This document shows, in pieces, positions 30,010 to 40,445 of a stretch of 64,000 nucleotides of DNA; the first letter of the stretch is position 1, and each line of letters starts with the position of its first letter. A program made the position numbers and the translations under genes. Below the pieces are notes generated by a model. It saw only the letters and a program-made list of their open reading frames with translations, ran no database searches and was not told the origin of the DNA. Origin of the DNA: an uncultured Planctomycetota bacterium (lineage in GTDB: Bacteria > Planctomycetota > Planctomycetia > Isosphaerales > Isosphaeraceae); contig CAVTTN010000002.1 of assembly GCA_963737655.1 (NCBI GenBank), positions 960,001-1,024,000 on the forward strand, in the 5' to 3' direction.

Positions 30010-31605
30010 ATGGCCGACGCGCACGCGAACCGTTTCTATCTGACCACCGCGATCGACTACCCCAACAGCCGCCCCCACATCGGGACGGCCTTCGAGAAGA
30101 TCGGCGCCGACGCCCAGGCCCGCTTCCGACGGATGGAGGGGCTCGCCGTCCATTTCCAGATGGGCAACGACGAGAACACCATCAAGGTCTCCCAGCGCGC
30201 CGAAGAGCTCGGGATGGAGCCGAAGCCGTACGTCGACGACATGGCCCGCCAGTTCCAGGAGGTCTGGAAGGCCCTGGAGATCTCCAACGACGGCTTCATC
30301 CAGACCAGCGAGGAGCGCCACCACGTCGGCTGCCGCAAGTTCATCCAGGCGGTCCATGATGCGGGCGACATCTACAAGAAAGCGTATACCGGCCTCTATT
30401 GCGACGGCTGCGAGGCGTTCAAGACCGAGAAGGAGCTGGTCGACGGCCGCTGCCCGAACCACCCCAATCGGCCCCTGCGCTACGTCGAGGAGGAGAACTA
30501 CTTCTTCCGCCTCTCCGCCTTCGCCGACCGCCTGCTCGCCCATTACGAGGCCCACCCCGAGTTCATCGAGCCCGAGAGCCGGAGGAACGAGATCACCAGC
30601 CTCGTGAAATCGGGCCTGCAAGACGTCGCGATCAGCCGGAAGGGCTTCACCTGGGGCATCAAGGTCCCGTTCGACGAGGACCAGACGATCTACGTCTGGT
30701 TCGACGCCCTGCTGAACTACATCACGGCCATCGGCTACGGGACCGACGACGAACGATTCCGGCAAATCTGGCCGGCGGACGTTCACGTGATCGGCAAGGA
30801 CATCACCCGGTTCCATTGCGCGTTGTGGCCCGCCATGCTGATGTCGGCCGGCCTGCCGCTGCCGAGGCAGGTTTTCGGCCACGGCTTCGTCTATCGCAAG
30901 GACGAAGGCACGGGCGAGGTCCAGAAGATCAGCAAGAGCCTGGGCAACGTCGTCGAGCCGATGGACATCATCGCGAGGTTCTCGGCCGAGGGGTTCCGCT
31001 ATTATTTCCTCAGCCAGTGCCCGTTCGGAGGGGACGGCGAGTTCTCGTTCGAGAGGTTCGCCGAGGTCTACAACGCCGGGCTGGCGAACAACCTGGGGAA
31101 CCTCTACAGCCGGATCCTCTCGATGTGCCTGAAGTACTTCGACGGCACGCTCGCCGGGGCCTCCGAGGTGGACGTCTCCGCCTGGAGAGGGGGCGCCGAC
31201 CTCGGGCCTCTGGTCGAGGAACTCCGCGGCCTCGTCTCGACGTTCGCGTTCAACGTGGCGTTGCAAAAGATCTGGCAGGACGTGCTCGACCCGGCGAACA
31301 AGTACATCCAGACGACCGAGCCGTTCAAGCTGATCAAGATCGACCCCGACGCCTGCCGAGGCGTCCTGGTGAACCTGGCCGACGCGCTCCGGATCACAGC
31401 GATCCTGATCAAGCCGTTCCTGCCCAGCACGGCCGGGACGTTCTTCTCGGCGTTCAACTTCGGCGACGCGGCGGCCTGGGAGACGATCGGCTATCGCGAC
31501 GCCGCCCGAGCCGGCCTCCCGGCCGATCTGAAGGTCACGGCGCCGGTCGTCTCGGGCAAGCCGGCCCCGCTCTTCCCGAAAATCGAGGCCCGGCCCGGCG
31601 ATTGA
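30010..31605 (+). CDS. metG: Methionine--tRNA ligase
   Basis: YLTTAIDYPN..PHIG, YVWFDALLNY, IGKDI..FH, KISKSLGN. Confidence 0.95.
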   Translation: MADAHANRFYLTTAIDYPNSRPHIGTAFEKIGADAQARFRRMEGLAVHFQMGNDENTIKVSQRAEELGMEPKPYVDDMARQFQEVWKALEISNDGFIQTSEERHHVGCRKFIQAVHDAGDIYKKAYTGLYCDGCEAFKTEKELVDGRCPNHPNRPLRYVEEENYFFRLSAFADRLLAHYEAHPEFIEPESRRNEITSLVKSGLQDVAISRKGFTWGIKVPFDEDQTIYVWFDALLNYITAIGYGTDDERFRQIWPADVHVIGKDITRFHCALWPAMLMSAGLPLPRQVFGHGFVYRKDEGTGEVQKISKSLGNVVEPMDIIARFSAEGFRYYFLSQCPFGGDGEFSFERFAEVYNAGLANNLGNLYSRILSMCLKYFDGTLAGASEVDVSAWRGGADLGPLVEELRGLVSTFAFNVALQKIWQDVLDPANKYIQTTEPFKLIKIDPDACRGVLVNLADALRITAILIKPFLPSTAGTFFSAFNFGDAAAWETIGYRDAARAGLPADLKVTAPVVSGKPAPLFPKIEARPGD

Positions 31606-31761
31606 CCCGCCCGGCCGGCGCCATTTCGGGTTCGGACGCCCGCCGGCACGCGAGATGCAAAGGAACCGGACGAATCCCACCCCGATTGGCCGATCATGAC
31701 GTAAGGTGAGTGTGGTGGGGAGGACTGGAAATTCATCGACCGTCCACGAAGGAGCCTGGTG

Positions 31762-31929
31762 ATGATCGACGCGCCCGAACTCGCCGTGACTCTGCCGCTG
31801 GACCTGCTCCGCCACCTCCGGGCCGAGTCGCGCCGGCTGGAGGTCCCGCTGGAATGGCTGATCGCCGCGGTCGTGGTCGAGACGATGGAGCCGGCCGAGG
31901 AGCGCGTCCTCCTGAGGGCCTCGGCCTGA
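31762..31929 (+). CDS. 55-aa hypothetical protein, ribbon-helix-helix-like (below ORF-track cutoff)
   Basis: SD AAGGAG; MIDAPELAVTLPLDLLRHLRAESRRLEVPLEWLIAAVVVETME... Confidence 0.55.
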   Translation: MIDAPELAVTLPLDLLRHLRAESRRLEVPLEWLIAAVVVETMEPAEERVLLRASA

Positions 31930-31951
31930 CCCGCCGGCCGGCGACCGGGGA

Positions 31952-32668
31952 TCACGACCGGGGCCGATGGGCCTCGGAGCGCGTCCTCGGGCCGGGCGTG
32001 ACCGTCGGGCGGCCTTCGAACGGGTCGTCGGCGCGATATTCGCTCTCGACCCACCGGCGAAACCTCTGAGGAGAGTGGGCGAGGCCGCGCTCCCGGAGCC
32101 ACCCGGCATACTCGCGGAACGGCTCGTGGAGCCGCTCCGGGCCGAACAGCGGCACATGGCCGTGACTCACGGTGAAGGCGTCCCAGGCGGTCTCGGGGGC
32201 CTCGCCCAGGACGTCCATCCGATACAGGGCCGCCACCAAACCCGTCCGGTCCGAGCCCCACTTGCAATGGATCAGCAACGGGTACGGCGACCGATCGAAC
32301 AGGGCCAGGATCGTCAGGAGCTCGCGACGGGTCGGCCGCCTCGTGGCCGACATGGGCAGGTCGTAGAACGCGACGCCGAGCCGGCCGGCGGTCTGGGCCT
32401 CTTCGGCATAGAAGGCGTCGGACTCCGACCCGCCCCGCAAATTCACGACGGCCTTCAGGCCCAGGGCCCGGATCGTCGCCTCCAGGCCGCTCTGGGGTTG
32501 GGCCGACCGATAGACCCGGCCCGGATCGACCACCCCGAAGTTCCCCTGGAACAACGGCCGGCGAAGCCCCACGGCGCAGGCCAGCAGCAGGACCGCGAAG
32601 GCGGACAGACGGACAAGGCGCCCTCGCCGCCATCGAGACGGGCGGGGCTCGGGACCTTCGGCAAGCAT
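31952..32668 (-). CDS. Tyrosine/dual-specificity phosphatase family protein
   Basis: YRSAQP, VVNLRG, HCKWGSDRTG (CX5R). Confidence 0.88.
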   Translation of the reverse strand: MLAEGPEPRPSRWRRGRLVRLSAFAVLLLACAVGLRRPLFQGNFGVVDPGRVYRSAQPQSGLEATIRALGLKAVVNLRGGSESDAFYAEEAQTAGRLGVAFYDLPMSATRRPTRRELLTILALFDRSPYPLLIHCKWGSDRTGLVAALYRMDVLGEAPETAWDAFTVSHGHVPLFGPERLHEPFREYAGWLRERGLAHSPQRFRRWVESEYRADDPFEGRPTVTPGPRTRSEAHRPRS

Positions 32669-32801
32669 GGGCCGTCCTGGCGAGCGAAATCCCGGGGACG
32701 ACCGCCCGGTCGATGTCCCGAACCTCCTCGACCCCGGGCCGGTCAGTCTAGCGACGCCCGATCCCGGGTCAAGACCACTCGATTCTGCCCGACGGACCCG
32801 A

Positions 32802-32830
32802 TTGACGCGCCCGGCAGGCATTGATAAAGT
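32802..32830 (+). promoter_or_regulatory. Promoter of tRNA-Ser
   Basis: TTGACG-N17-TAAAGT. Confidence 0.65.
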
Positions 32831-32868
32831 TCCCTACTGGGGTCGGCCCGCCGCCCCCAAGACTCGCG

Positions 32869-32957
32869 GGAGAGGTGGCTGAGTGGTCGAAAGCGACGGT
32901 TTGCTAAACCGTTAGGGTGGGAAACCGCCCTCGGGGGTTCGAATCCCCCCCTCTCCG
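32869..32957 (+). tRNA. tRNA-Ser(GCT)
   Basis: GGAGAGG/CCTCTCC acceptor stem, ACGGT-TTGCTAA-ACCGT anticodon arm, long variable arm, GGTTCGAATCC; CCA not encoded. Confidence 0.96.
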
Positions 32958-33373
32958 TTTGGGAATCGATTGGAGCCGACAGGACACGCCCGACGCCCTC
33001 GATCACGAGGGTTTCGGGCGTGTCGGCGTTTCCGGCCCCGCGAAGGCTTGATCCGCCAGGAGCCGACGGGTCCCTACGCTCCCCGATGCGTCCCTCGCCT
33101 CGGGCATCGGTGGCGTCGGAGATGCTCGCGGCATCGAGATGCGACGGGATCGCCTGACCTTCTCTTGATGGGTCGGAAGGACGCACTTCCCGGCGGGCTG
33201 ACCGTTCCCGAACCGAGGCCGTTGGGCTGGCCCATCGGGCCCGGACGGCTAGTGGATGCGTTGTGAAACGGTTGGAGTCGGCCGATTCGGATGGTCGATG
33301 GAGTAGATCGTGGAAGACAGGAGAGATGGGTCGGGACCGTCTTGCGGGTAAGGCGGGACCAAGGAGGAGAGCC

Positions 33374-35101
33374 GTGGACCCCACGATCGCGAAACCTCTG
33401 CGCAGATGGGCGAGCGTCGCGTTCGCCCTGGCCCTCGGGGGGCGTGCGAGCCTGGCCGCCGAGGCGCCGCCGGTGCCGAATCCGGCCCCGGGTGCGGCCC
33501 AGGCCGTTCGGCCCCCGGCACCGGCCGCTCCGGCGACGTCGGCCCCGGTCCCCGGCCCCTCGTCCGGCTCGTCGATCCCCGAGTCGCCGCCGACTCTGCT
33601 GGATCCGAGGAGCCAGCCGATCGACCTGAACACGACGTTGAGGCTCGCCGGGGTGCAGAACCCCGACTTGCTCCTGGCCCGGCAACGGGTCGTCGAGGCC
33701 GCCGCGCTCCGGCAACTGGCCGCCGCCCAGATCCTGCCGACGATCAACCTCGGGACCAACTACGACAGCCATACCGGCGTGTTGCAGCAGTCCAACGGCA
33801 ATATCTTGACCGTGAACCGAAGCGCCCTGTATGTCGGGGCCGGTGCCAACGCGGTCGCGGCCGGAACCGTGAACATCCCCGGCGTGGTCCTGTCCGGGAA
33901 CATCGCCGAGGGGGTCTATGCGTTCCTCGGGGCCCGTCAGGTGGTCCGGGAGCGGGAATTCGCGAGCCTGGCGGTGCGGAACCAGGTGTTCCTGAGGGCC
34001 GCCTCGGCCTATAGCGAGCTGATCCGGGCCGAGGGCAGGCGGGCGATCGCCGTCCAGACGCGGGATGAATCCAAGGAAGTGGCCCGGCTCACGGCCGATT
34101 ACGCCTCGCAGGGCCTGGGCCGGCAAGCCGACGCCGACCGGGCCGCCACCGAGCTCGCCCAGCGTGAGGCGAACGTCCAGCAGGCCGAGGGGGAAGTCCT
34201 GACGACCTCCGCGCGGCTCGCGGCGGTCCTGAACCTCGATCCCTCGATCCGCCTGCATCCCACGGACGCCTTCGCCGTGCCGATGCCGATCATCCCCGAC
34301 CCCACGCCCCTGGCCGAGCTCGTCGCGGTCGCCCTCTTGAGGCGGCCGGAGCTGGGCGAGAGGCGGGCCGTGATCCGCGAGGCGCTCCTGGCCCTGGAAG
34401 GGTCGAAGGTCCTGCCGTTCTCGCCGACGGTGCTCGTCGGGTTCAGCTCCGGCGGCTTCGGGGGCGGCTCGAACCTGGTCAAGCCGGTCTTCGGCGGGTT
34501 CGGCTATCGGTCGGACTTCGACACCGTGGCCTACTGGTCGATCCGCAACATGGGCGTGGGCAACCTCGCGTTGATCCGCGTGGCCGACGCGAACCTGAAA
34601 TCGACCCGGTTCCAGGAGATCGGGGTCTTGAACCTCGTCCGCTCCGAGGTGGCCGAGGCGTACGCGAAGACCCATGCCCGGTTCGCCCAGATCGGGACGA
34701 CGGAGATGGCCGTGCGGTCGGGCCTGAACGCGTTCCGCGAGGACTACGACCGGATCAAGCTCCGGGCCCAGAGGGACGTCCTGCCGATCGAGCTGCTGGA
34801 CAGCCTGAGGCTGCTGGCCCGGTCTCGGGCGGCGTACCTCGACGCGATCGTGGATTTCAACATCGCCGAGTTCGAGCTGTTCGTGGCGATGGGCCAGCCC
34901 CCGGCGGACGCCCTGGCCCGCCCGGTCCCGGCCGAAGGGATCGCGCCGAGCAACATCCCGGGCCCGGTATCCCCCCCCCCGGCCGGCCCGAATCCCGCGG
35001 CCCCCGCGCCGTTCGCGGCGCCTGGCGGGAACACCCTCGGAGGCACCCCGGCGCGATCCGGCGAGGTCCGTCGCGCATCGATGGCAACGATCCGTCGCTG
35101 A
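33374..35101 (+). CDS. TolC-family outer membrane protein 1
   Basis: IDLNTTLRLAG.QNP; helical repeats; SD AGGAGG before GTG. Confidence 0.88.
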   Translation: MDPTIAKPLRRWASVAFALALGGRASLAAEAPPVPNPAPGAAQAVRPPAPAAPATSAPVPGPSSGSSIPESPPTLLDPRSQPIDLNTTLRLAGVQNPDLLLARQRVVEAAALRQLAAAQILPTINLGTNYDSHTGVLQQSNGNILTVNRSALYVGAGANAVAAGTVNIPGVVLSGNIAEGVYAFLGARQVVREREFASLAVRNQVFLRAASAYSELIRAEGRRAIAVQTRDESKEVARLTADYASQGLGRQADADRAATELAQREANVQQAEGEVLTTSARLAAVLNLDPSIRLHPTDAFAVPMPIIPDPTPLAELVAVALLRRPELGERRAVIREALLALEGSKVLPFSPTVLVGFSSGGFGGGSNLVKPVFGGFGYRSDFDTVAYWSIRNMGVGNLALIRVADANLKSTRFQEIGVLNLVRSEVAEAYAKTHARFAQIGTTEMAVRSGLNAFREDYDRIKLRAQRDVLPIELLDSLRLLARSRAAYLDAIVDFNIAEFELFVAMGQPPADALARPVPAEGIAPSNIPGPVSPPPAGPNPAAPAPFAAPGGNTLGGTPARSGEVRRASMATIRR

Positions 35102-35151
35102 GGATCGAGGGCGACGTCCGAATATCTCATCTCTCAGGAGGAGAGGATCTG

Positions 35152-36882
35152 ATGAGCGCGACCCGCCGTCCGGGGGGATGGCCGAGGTATGCCCGGCGAC
35201 TGTCTCGATCGCTCTCGGGCGTCCTGACCGTCGCCTCGCTGGCCGGGTGCATGGTCCATCGGGCGAGCCCCCTGGGGCCGCCCGGCCCGGAGGTCGGCAC
35301 GGCCGCCCGGGACGCGGAGCCGGGCGACCCCGCCCGCGACGTGGACGTCAGGCCGACCGCCGCCCAGGCCCCGGCCCCGCCGCCTCCCGAGGCCCGACCG
35401 GCCGGCCCGCCCCCGGCCGAGGCGGTCCCCGGCCCCTCGGCCCCGCAGCCGGTCCCCCCGGCCCCGAGGACCGACCCGCCCGATACCCCCGCCGTCCCCC
35501 CCCCGGCGATGGAATACCCGATCGACCTGTCCACCGCCCTGCGGCTGGCCGACGCCGAGAACCCGAGGATCGCCGAGGCGAGGACGCAAATCCTCTCGGC
35601 CCTGGCGTTGCAGACCGGGGCCCGCGCCCTGCTCCTGCCGACCCTCAACGCGGGAACCAACTATCACGGCCACATCGGCAACCTCCAGAGATCCTCGGGC
35701 CGGATTCTGAGCCTCTCGGAGCAGTCGCTGTATGTCGGCGGCGGTGCCCGGACGCTCGCGGCCGAATCACTGGGCATCCCCGCCGTGAACATCACCAGCC
35801 CGATCACCGAGGCCCTGTTCGAGCCCCTGGCGGCCCGGCAGAACCTCGACGGGGCGCGGTTCCGCGTGGCCGCCACGACCAACGCCGTCCTCCTGGAAGT
35901 GGCGCTGCTCCAGGTCGATCTGATCGCCGCCGACGCGGCGTTGCAGATGCTCCGCCGGTCGGAATCCGAGGCCCGGGAGATCGCCCGGACGGTCGTCGAG
36001 TACGCCGAAGCGGGCCGGGGCCGGCAGGCCGACGCCGACCGGGCCGAGACCGACTTGCGGCTCCTCCGCTCCGAGGTCCAGAGGGCCGAGGAAGAGGTGG
36101 CCGTGGCGTCCGCCCGGCTCTGCCGGAGGCTCAACCTCGACCCGGCCATCCGCCTCCGCCCCCTGGCCGGGCCTCTGGAGCCGTTCGAGCTCGTCGATCC
36201 CCACCGATCGACCGAGGAGCTCCTGAGCATCGCCCTGAACCGCCGGCCCGAGATGGGCGCGGCCGGGGCCGCCATCGGAGTGGCCGAGACGAGGTATCGT
36301 GAGGAGAGGGTCCGGCCGTTCCTCCCCCTGTTCTGGATGGGCGTCAGCGGAGGCGGATTCGGGGGCGGGAGCAACCTCGTCCAGCCCCTGCTCGGCAATT
36401 TCGGCGGCCGGACCGATTTCGACGTCCGGGCGATCTGGACGTTGCAGAACCTCGGGCTGGGGAACCTCTCCCAGCAGAAGAGGCGGAGGGCCATGGTCGG
36501 CCAGGCCCAGGCCGAGCAGTCGCGGACGGTCAACACGATCCGCCGGGAAGTCGCCCAGGCCCAGGCCGTGGCGATCGCCCAGGTCCAGCCGATCGAGCAG
36601 GCCCGCCGCGGCCTGAGGCTGGCCGAGGAAGGGTTCCGGGACGACCTGACCCGGACTCGCAACGCCCAGGGCCGTCCCCTGGAAGTCCTCAACAGCCTGA
36701 GCCTGGTGACCCGCGCGAGGCTGGACCTGGTCCGCGCCGTCACGGCGTTGAATCAGGCGCAACTCGCCCTGTTCGTGTCGCTCGGCTCGCCCCCTCCGGT
36801 CGAAGGGCCGCCGGGCCCGCCTCCGGGAGGCCCGCCTCCGGTCTCCACCCCGTTGCATTCGCCGATCGTCTCGGGGGGCTGA
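35152..36882 (+). CDS. TolC-family outer membrane protein 2 (possible lipoprotein)
   Basis: LAGC lipobox-like; IDLSTALRLADAENP; paralogue of the preceding gene. Confidence 0.88.
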   Translation: MSATRRPGGWPRYARRLSRSLSGVLTVASLAGCMVHRASPLGPPGPEVGTAARDAEPGDPARDVDVRPTAAQAPAPPPPEARPAGPPPAEAVPGPSAPQPVPPAPRTDPPDTPAVPPPAMEYPIDLSTALRLADAENPRIAEARTQILSALALQTGARALLLPTLNAGTNYHGHIGNLQRSSGRILSLSEQSLYVGGGARTLAAESLGIPAVNITSPITEALFEPLAARQNLDGARFRVAATTNAVLLEVALLQVDLIAADAALQMLRRSESEAREIARTVVEYAEAGRGRQADADRAETDLRLLRSEVQRAEEEVAVASARLCRRLNLDPAIRLRPLAGPLEPFELVDPHRSTEELLSIALNRRPEMGAAGAAIGVAETRYREERVRPFLPLFWMGVSGGGFGGGSNLVQPLLGNFGGRTDFDVRAIWTLQNLGLGNLSQQKRRRAMVGQAQAEQSRTVNTIRREVAQAQAVAIAQVQPIEQARRGLRLAEEGFRDDLTRTRNAQGRPLEVLNSLSLVTRARLDLVRAVTALNQAQLALFVSLGSPPPVEGPPGPPPGGPPPVSTPLHSPIVSGG

Positions 36883-36902
36883 CCCGGACCGTCGCATGCC
36901 AT

Positions 36903-36927
36903 GTAGGGTGCATGAAATGCACCCTAC
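36903..36927. repeat. Symmetric REP unit between convergent genes
   Basis: GTAGGGTGCA-TGAAA-TGCACCCTAC. Confidence 0.9.
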
Positions 36928-36982
36928 GGGTCGGCGTGAAGACGGTTCATGTCGTTCGCGCCAGGAGATCGGCAGCCTCGGC

Positions 36983-37696
36983 TCACTTCCTCGCCGGGCC
37001 GACCCTCAGGATCGGGAACGCGGCGATGAGCTGGTGGCCGAACGGGTCGATGATCTCGTACTCGGTGTTGGTGAGGAAGTCGGTGAGGGTCAGGTTGTAC
37101 GAGAAGCGGCCCTGGGCGTCGGTGGCGAGGGCCTTGCCGTTGAAGGCGTAGTTGCCGGTTCCGTTGTCGGTGAAGACGATCGAGCCGGGGGTGGTCTGGC
37201 CCTCGATCGTGATGTGATCCAAGCGTGTGATCCCGCCGGAGTTGTGGATTCCGGTATGCTGGACCCCTTGCCCGGGGGCCAGGGCGATCTTGACCCTCAA
37301 GGGGATGTCGGCCGTCAGCGGCTGTTCGTGGCGGACGAGGTACTGGGCGTCGCCGTGGCCGATGAAGCCGTTGTGGTTGAAGTCGTAACTGGGGTTGTAG
37401 AAGCCGCTGCCCTTGGTGCTCAGGTAGGCGACGCTGAACGTCCTGAGGTCGGCCAGGGTGAACTCGCCGTTGGGTCCGGTGCCGGGCGACGAGGCGGGCA
37501 CGGTGGGGACGGCGTGGGTGTGGACGTGGGCGCGGGCCTGGTGTTTCGGCGCGGAGGCGTCGGGGGCCGCCGAGACGGGCGGGGCGACCTCGGCGGAGGC
37601 CGCCGCGGCGGGCGGGGTGATCGCCGAGGCGCTCAGGGCCAGCCGGCCTTCCAGGGCTTCGAGGCCGGGGCGCGGCCGGGCGAATCGTGACCTCAT
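36983..37696 (-). CDS. Secreted LExR-motif protein with an EF-hand/dockerin-like loop
   Basis: RPGLEALEGRLALS; YDFNHNGFIGHGDA; SD GGAGG. Confidence 0.8.
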   Translation of the reverse strand: MRSRFARPRPGLEALEGRLALSASAITPPAAAASAEVAPPVSAAPDASAPKHQARAHVHTHAVPTVPASSPGTGPNGEFTLADLRTFSVAYLSTKGSGFYNPSYDFNHNGFIGHGDAQYLVRHEQPLTADIPLRVKIALAPGQGVQHTGIHNSGGITRLDHITIEGQTTPGSIVFTDNGTGNYAFNGKALATDAQGRFSYNLTLTDFLTNTEYEIIDPFGHQLIAAFPILRVGPARK

Positions 37697-37791
37697 GGCG
37701 ACCTCCGTGTAAGACCCCGGCGCGGCTCGAGGCGCCGGGGCTCTACCAATTTGGGGCACGGATCGCGGCCCGTCCAACCGTGGGCGGGCGA

Positions 37792-39222
37792 TCAATGGGC
37801 CGGCTTTGCCGATTCTCCGCCCTGGGCCTGTTCCACCTCCACCGCCATGTTGTCGGCCAGGGCGCCGTTGTATTTGATGACGACCTCGTCCTCGGCCCCC
37901 AGGCCCGAGGCGATCTCGGCGGCCACGCCGTTATCCAGGGCCACGACGACCGGGGTCTTGTGGAGCTTGCCGTCGCGGACCACGTAGACGAACCCCTTGC
38001 CCTCGCTGCCTTCGAACAGGGCCGAGGACGGGACCGACAGGTTCTTCGACGCCGGCTCCAGGACGATCGTCACCCCGCCGTACATCCCCTCGCGCAAGAG
38101 GTTGTCCGAGTTGGGCAGGTCGATCTCGGTCCTCATGGTCCGATTGCCGGGGTCCTGCGAGTAGGAGAAGCGGGAGACCGTCCCCTTGAACTCGCGGCCG
38201 GGGAGGCTGTCGATGTGGACGATGGCCGGGTCGCCCACGTCGACCAGGGGGACGTCGGGATCGGGGACCTGGACGACCACGCGCACCTTGTCGATCCGGG
38301 CCACCGAGAGGATCGGCTTCTCGTTGCCGTCGGAGGCCGAGCGGATGAAGGCGCCGGGGTGGAAGTTGCGGAGGGTCACCACGCCGTCGTAGGGCGAGAC
38401 GATCTTGGTGTACCCGACCAGGACCTTGGCCTTGTCCAGGGCGGCCTGGGCGACCTCGACGTTGGACTTGGCGCCGACGAGGTCGGCCTGGGCCTGCTCG
38501 ACCTTGGCCTGGGCCTCGGCCACCGAGGCGTCGGCCGAGAGGACTCCGGCCTCGGCGGCGTGATAGTCGGCGATCGAGGCGTCGTACTTGTCCTGCTCCT
38601 CGTCCTGGAGTTGCTCCTCGACGGCGTGCCGGAGGACCAGCCCCTTGATCCTCTCGAACTGCTTCTTGCGATATTCTCGGGAGGACTTGCGCCTCTCCAG
38701 CTCGCTCCGGGCGGTGGCGACGTTGGCGACGGCGGTCTTCTTCATGGCGTCGGCGGTGCGGACGTGGGCCTCGGCCTGGGTGACGGCGGCCTGGGCCTGA
38801 TCGACGGCGGCCTTGGCCTGGTCCTGGGCCTTGACCAGCTCGGGGTCCTCGATCTCGGCGAGCTCCTGGTGGGCCTTGACCGGGGAGCCGATGTCCACGC
38901 TCTGGGACTTCATGTAGCCGGAGACCTTGGCATAGAGGTCCGCGGCCTCGAAGGCGCGGACGTCTCCGGGCTGCTGGACCACCCGCTCGATGCCGTGGGG
39001 AGTCGGCCGAGAGACGGTGACCTTGGTGACGCCGGTGTGCGACCCTTCGCCGGCCTCGGCGGACTTGCGGCTCTTGCTGGCCACGCCGAAATACCAGGCC
39101 GCCCCGGCCCCTCCGGCCAGGATGGCCAGGCCGAGGAACAACCAGATCCCCGAACCCTTCTTCTTCGCCGTCACCGTCGTTCGGGGCCGTTCGGCCGCCG
39201 GAGCAATTGCCTGGTCCGCCAC
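37792..39222 (-). CDS. RND efflux periplasmic adaptor subunit
   Basis: LYAKVSGY, VDIGS.V, coiled coil, IVSPYDGVV, LREGMYG. Confidence 0.92.
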   Translation of the reverse strand: MADQAIAPAAERPRTTVTAKKKGSGIWLFLGLAILAGGAGAAWYFGVASKSRKSAEAGEGSHTGVTKVTVSRPTPHGIERVVQQPGDVRAFEAADLYAKVSGYMKSQSVDIGSPVKAHQELAEIEDPELVKAQDQAKAAVDQAQAAVTQAEAHVRTADAMKKTAVANVATARSELERRKSSREYRKKQFERIKGLVLRHAVEEQLQDEEQDKYDASIADYHAAEAGVLSADASVAEAQAKVEQAQADLVGAKSNVEVAQAALDKAKVLVGYTKIVSPYDGVVTLRNFHPGAFIRSASDGNEKPILSVARIDKVRVVVQVPDPDVPLVDVGDPAIVHIDSLPGREFKGTVSRFSYSQDPGNRTMRTEIDLPNSDNLLREGMYGGVTIVLEPASKNLSVPSSALFEGSEGKGFVYVVRDGKLHKTPVVVALDNGVAAEIASGLGAEDEVVIKYNGALADNMAVEVEQAQGGESAKPAH

Positions 39223-39378
39223 GAGAGTACCCTCATTCCGAAGAATGGTCCGTTCCGACCCGTTCCCTGAAGGCCCCGGTCGCGCCCTCACGAGAGGGAG
39301 GAGGAGCCAGACGGCATGGACGCGAGGGCCCGATTGGCTCGGGGTCCTCCGCGGCGAGATCGTGGGCGAGCGCCCGTC

Positions 39379-39732
39379 TCAGCAACGCCGATGAAGGCGG
39401 GGGGGGTCGCTGGGGACGTGGGCCGGGTCTCCGGGCCTCGCCAGGAGGCCGTGAGACCCGTCGGAAAGCAGCAAGGGCCGGGCCCATCGGCCCGGTCCCT
39501 GGAGAGCATCCTCGTCGCCGGTCTCCTCCTCGGAGATCAATGCCGAGAAACGGAGGCGGAGCGGCCGGCCGCCCAGGCCGGCGACACGGCGGCCGAACGA
39601 CGGTTCCCCCTGGCGGACCGCCGAGGCGGGGCGAGGGCCGTCGGCCCGGACGCCGACCCGGGGCGGGGCCGAGGCGAGCACGGCCGCCACGACCAGGCAC
39701 CAGGCGATCGTCGGGGACCTCCTCATCGGCAT
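39379..39732 (-). CDS. Small signal-peptide protein ending ...RLHRRC (leader of adaptor gene)
   Basis: MPMRRSPTIAWCLVVAAVLASA; acidic patch EEETGDED. Confidence 0.5.
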   Translation of the reverse strand: MPMRRSPTIAWCLVVAAVLASAPPRVGVRADGPRPASAVRQGEPSFGRRVAGLGGRPLRLRFSALISEEETGDEDALQGPGRWARPLLLSDGSHGLLARPGDPAHVPSDPPRLHRRC

Positions 39733-39972
39733 GACCGGACTCCTGACCGACTCGCGCCGCCCCGGCATTCCGGGGCTTCGGGCCGGGCTTCGTCGCCGAT
39801 CCGGTCGCGAGGGGCCGGATCGCCGCTTGACCTTTCCAGTCTACTCGGCTCCAATGGAGGAGATCAAGACGACCTGGGGCGCCCGGCCTTCCCAGAGCCT
39901 TCCGATCGCCCGGTCGGACGTCCCTGCCGGCCCCGGTGCCCGGCCCTCTCGGCCTCGATCCTTCGGGTTTCG

Positions 39973-40314
39973 ATGCGAACCGTCGCCCTGCCCATCCTGC
40001 TCGCGGTCCTCATCGCCCTGCCGATGTCGGTCCTGATCCGCCAGGCGGACGCCAGGGGGACGGCGGCCCCTCGACCCGGGGCGTGGACCGAGGGTCAGTC
40101 CAAGCCGGTGAAGAGGCCGAGGCATCGCGGGACCTCCCCGCCGAGGGCCACGGCCCTGGTCTCCCGGGCGGCGATCGGCCGGAGGGCCGACGGCCCGTCG
40201 TTCGCGTCGCCCCGGCTGCGGAGGCCGTTCCCCGCCTCGGCCCGACGTTCGATCGCCTCGGCTCGCGAGGCGAGGCCCTCTCGCCTTTCCCCCCCCACCC
40301 CTCTCCGGTGCTAG
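39973..40314 (+). CDS. Small signal-peptide protein ending ...PTPLRC (leader of RND gene)
   Basis: MRTVALPILLAVLIALP; basic low-complexity body. Confidence 0.5.
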   Translation: MRTVALPILLAVLIALPMSVLIRQADARGTAAPRPGAWTEGQSKPVKRPRHRGTSPPRATALVSRAAIGRRADGPSFASPRLRRPFPASARRSIASAREARPSRLSPPTPLRC

Positions 40315-40445
40315 GGCGCTCGAATCGCCATCGCGGCCGGGCCCGTTGCGCCCGCCGCGCCCCCGTCGCGCCCCGCGACGGCCCCGAGTTTCCGCGTGCG
40401 CTTCCAGACCGCATCCAGCCCGAGGCCGGTGAGGACTCCCCGTCC

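Noticed and set aside
30010..31605. MetRS motif variants HIGT and KISKS as a sign of altered function
   Set aside because: Within the usual range of class I synthetase signature variation; the rest of the protein is canonical
32869..33370. Genomic island at tRNA-Ser
   Set aside because: No integrase and no duplicated tRNA 3' end seen in the window
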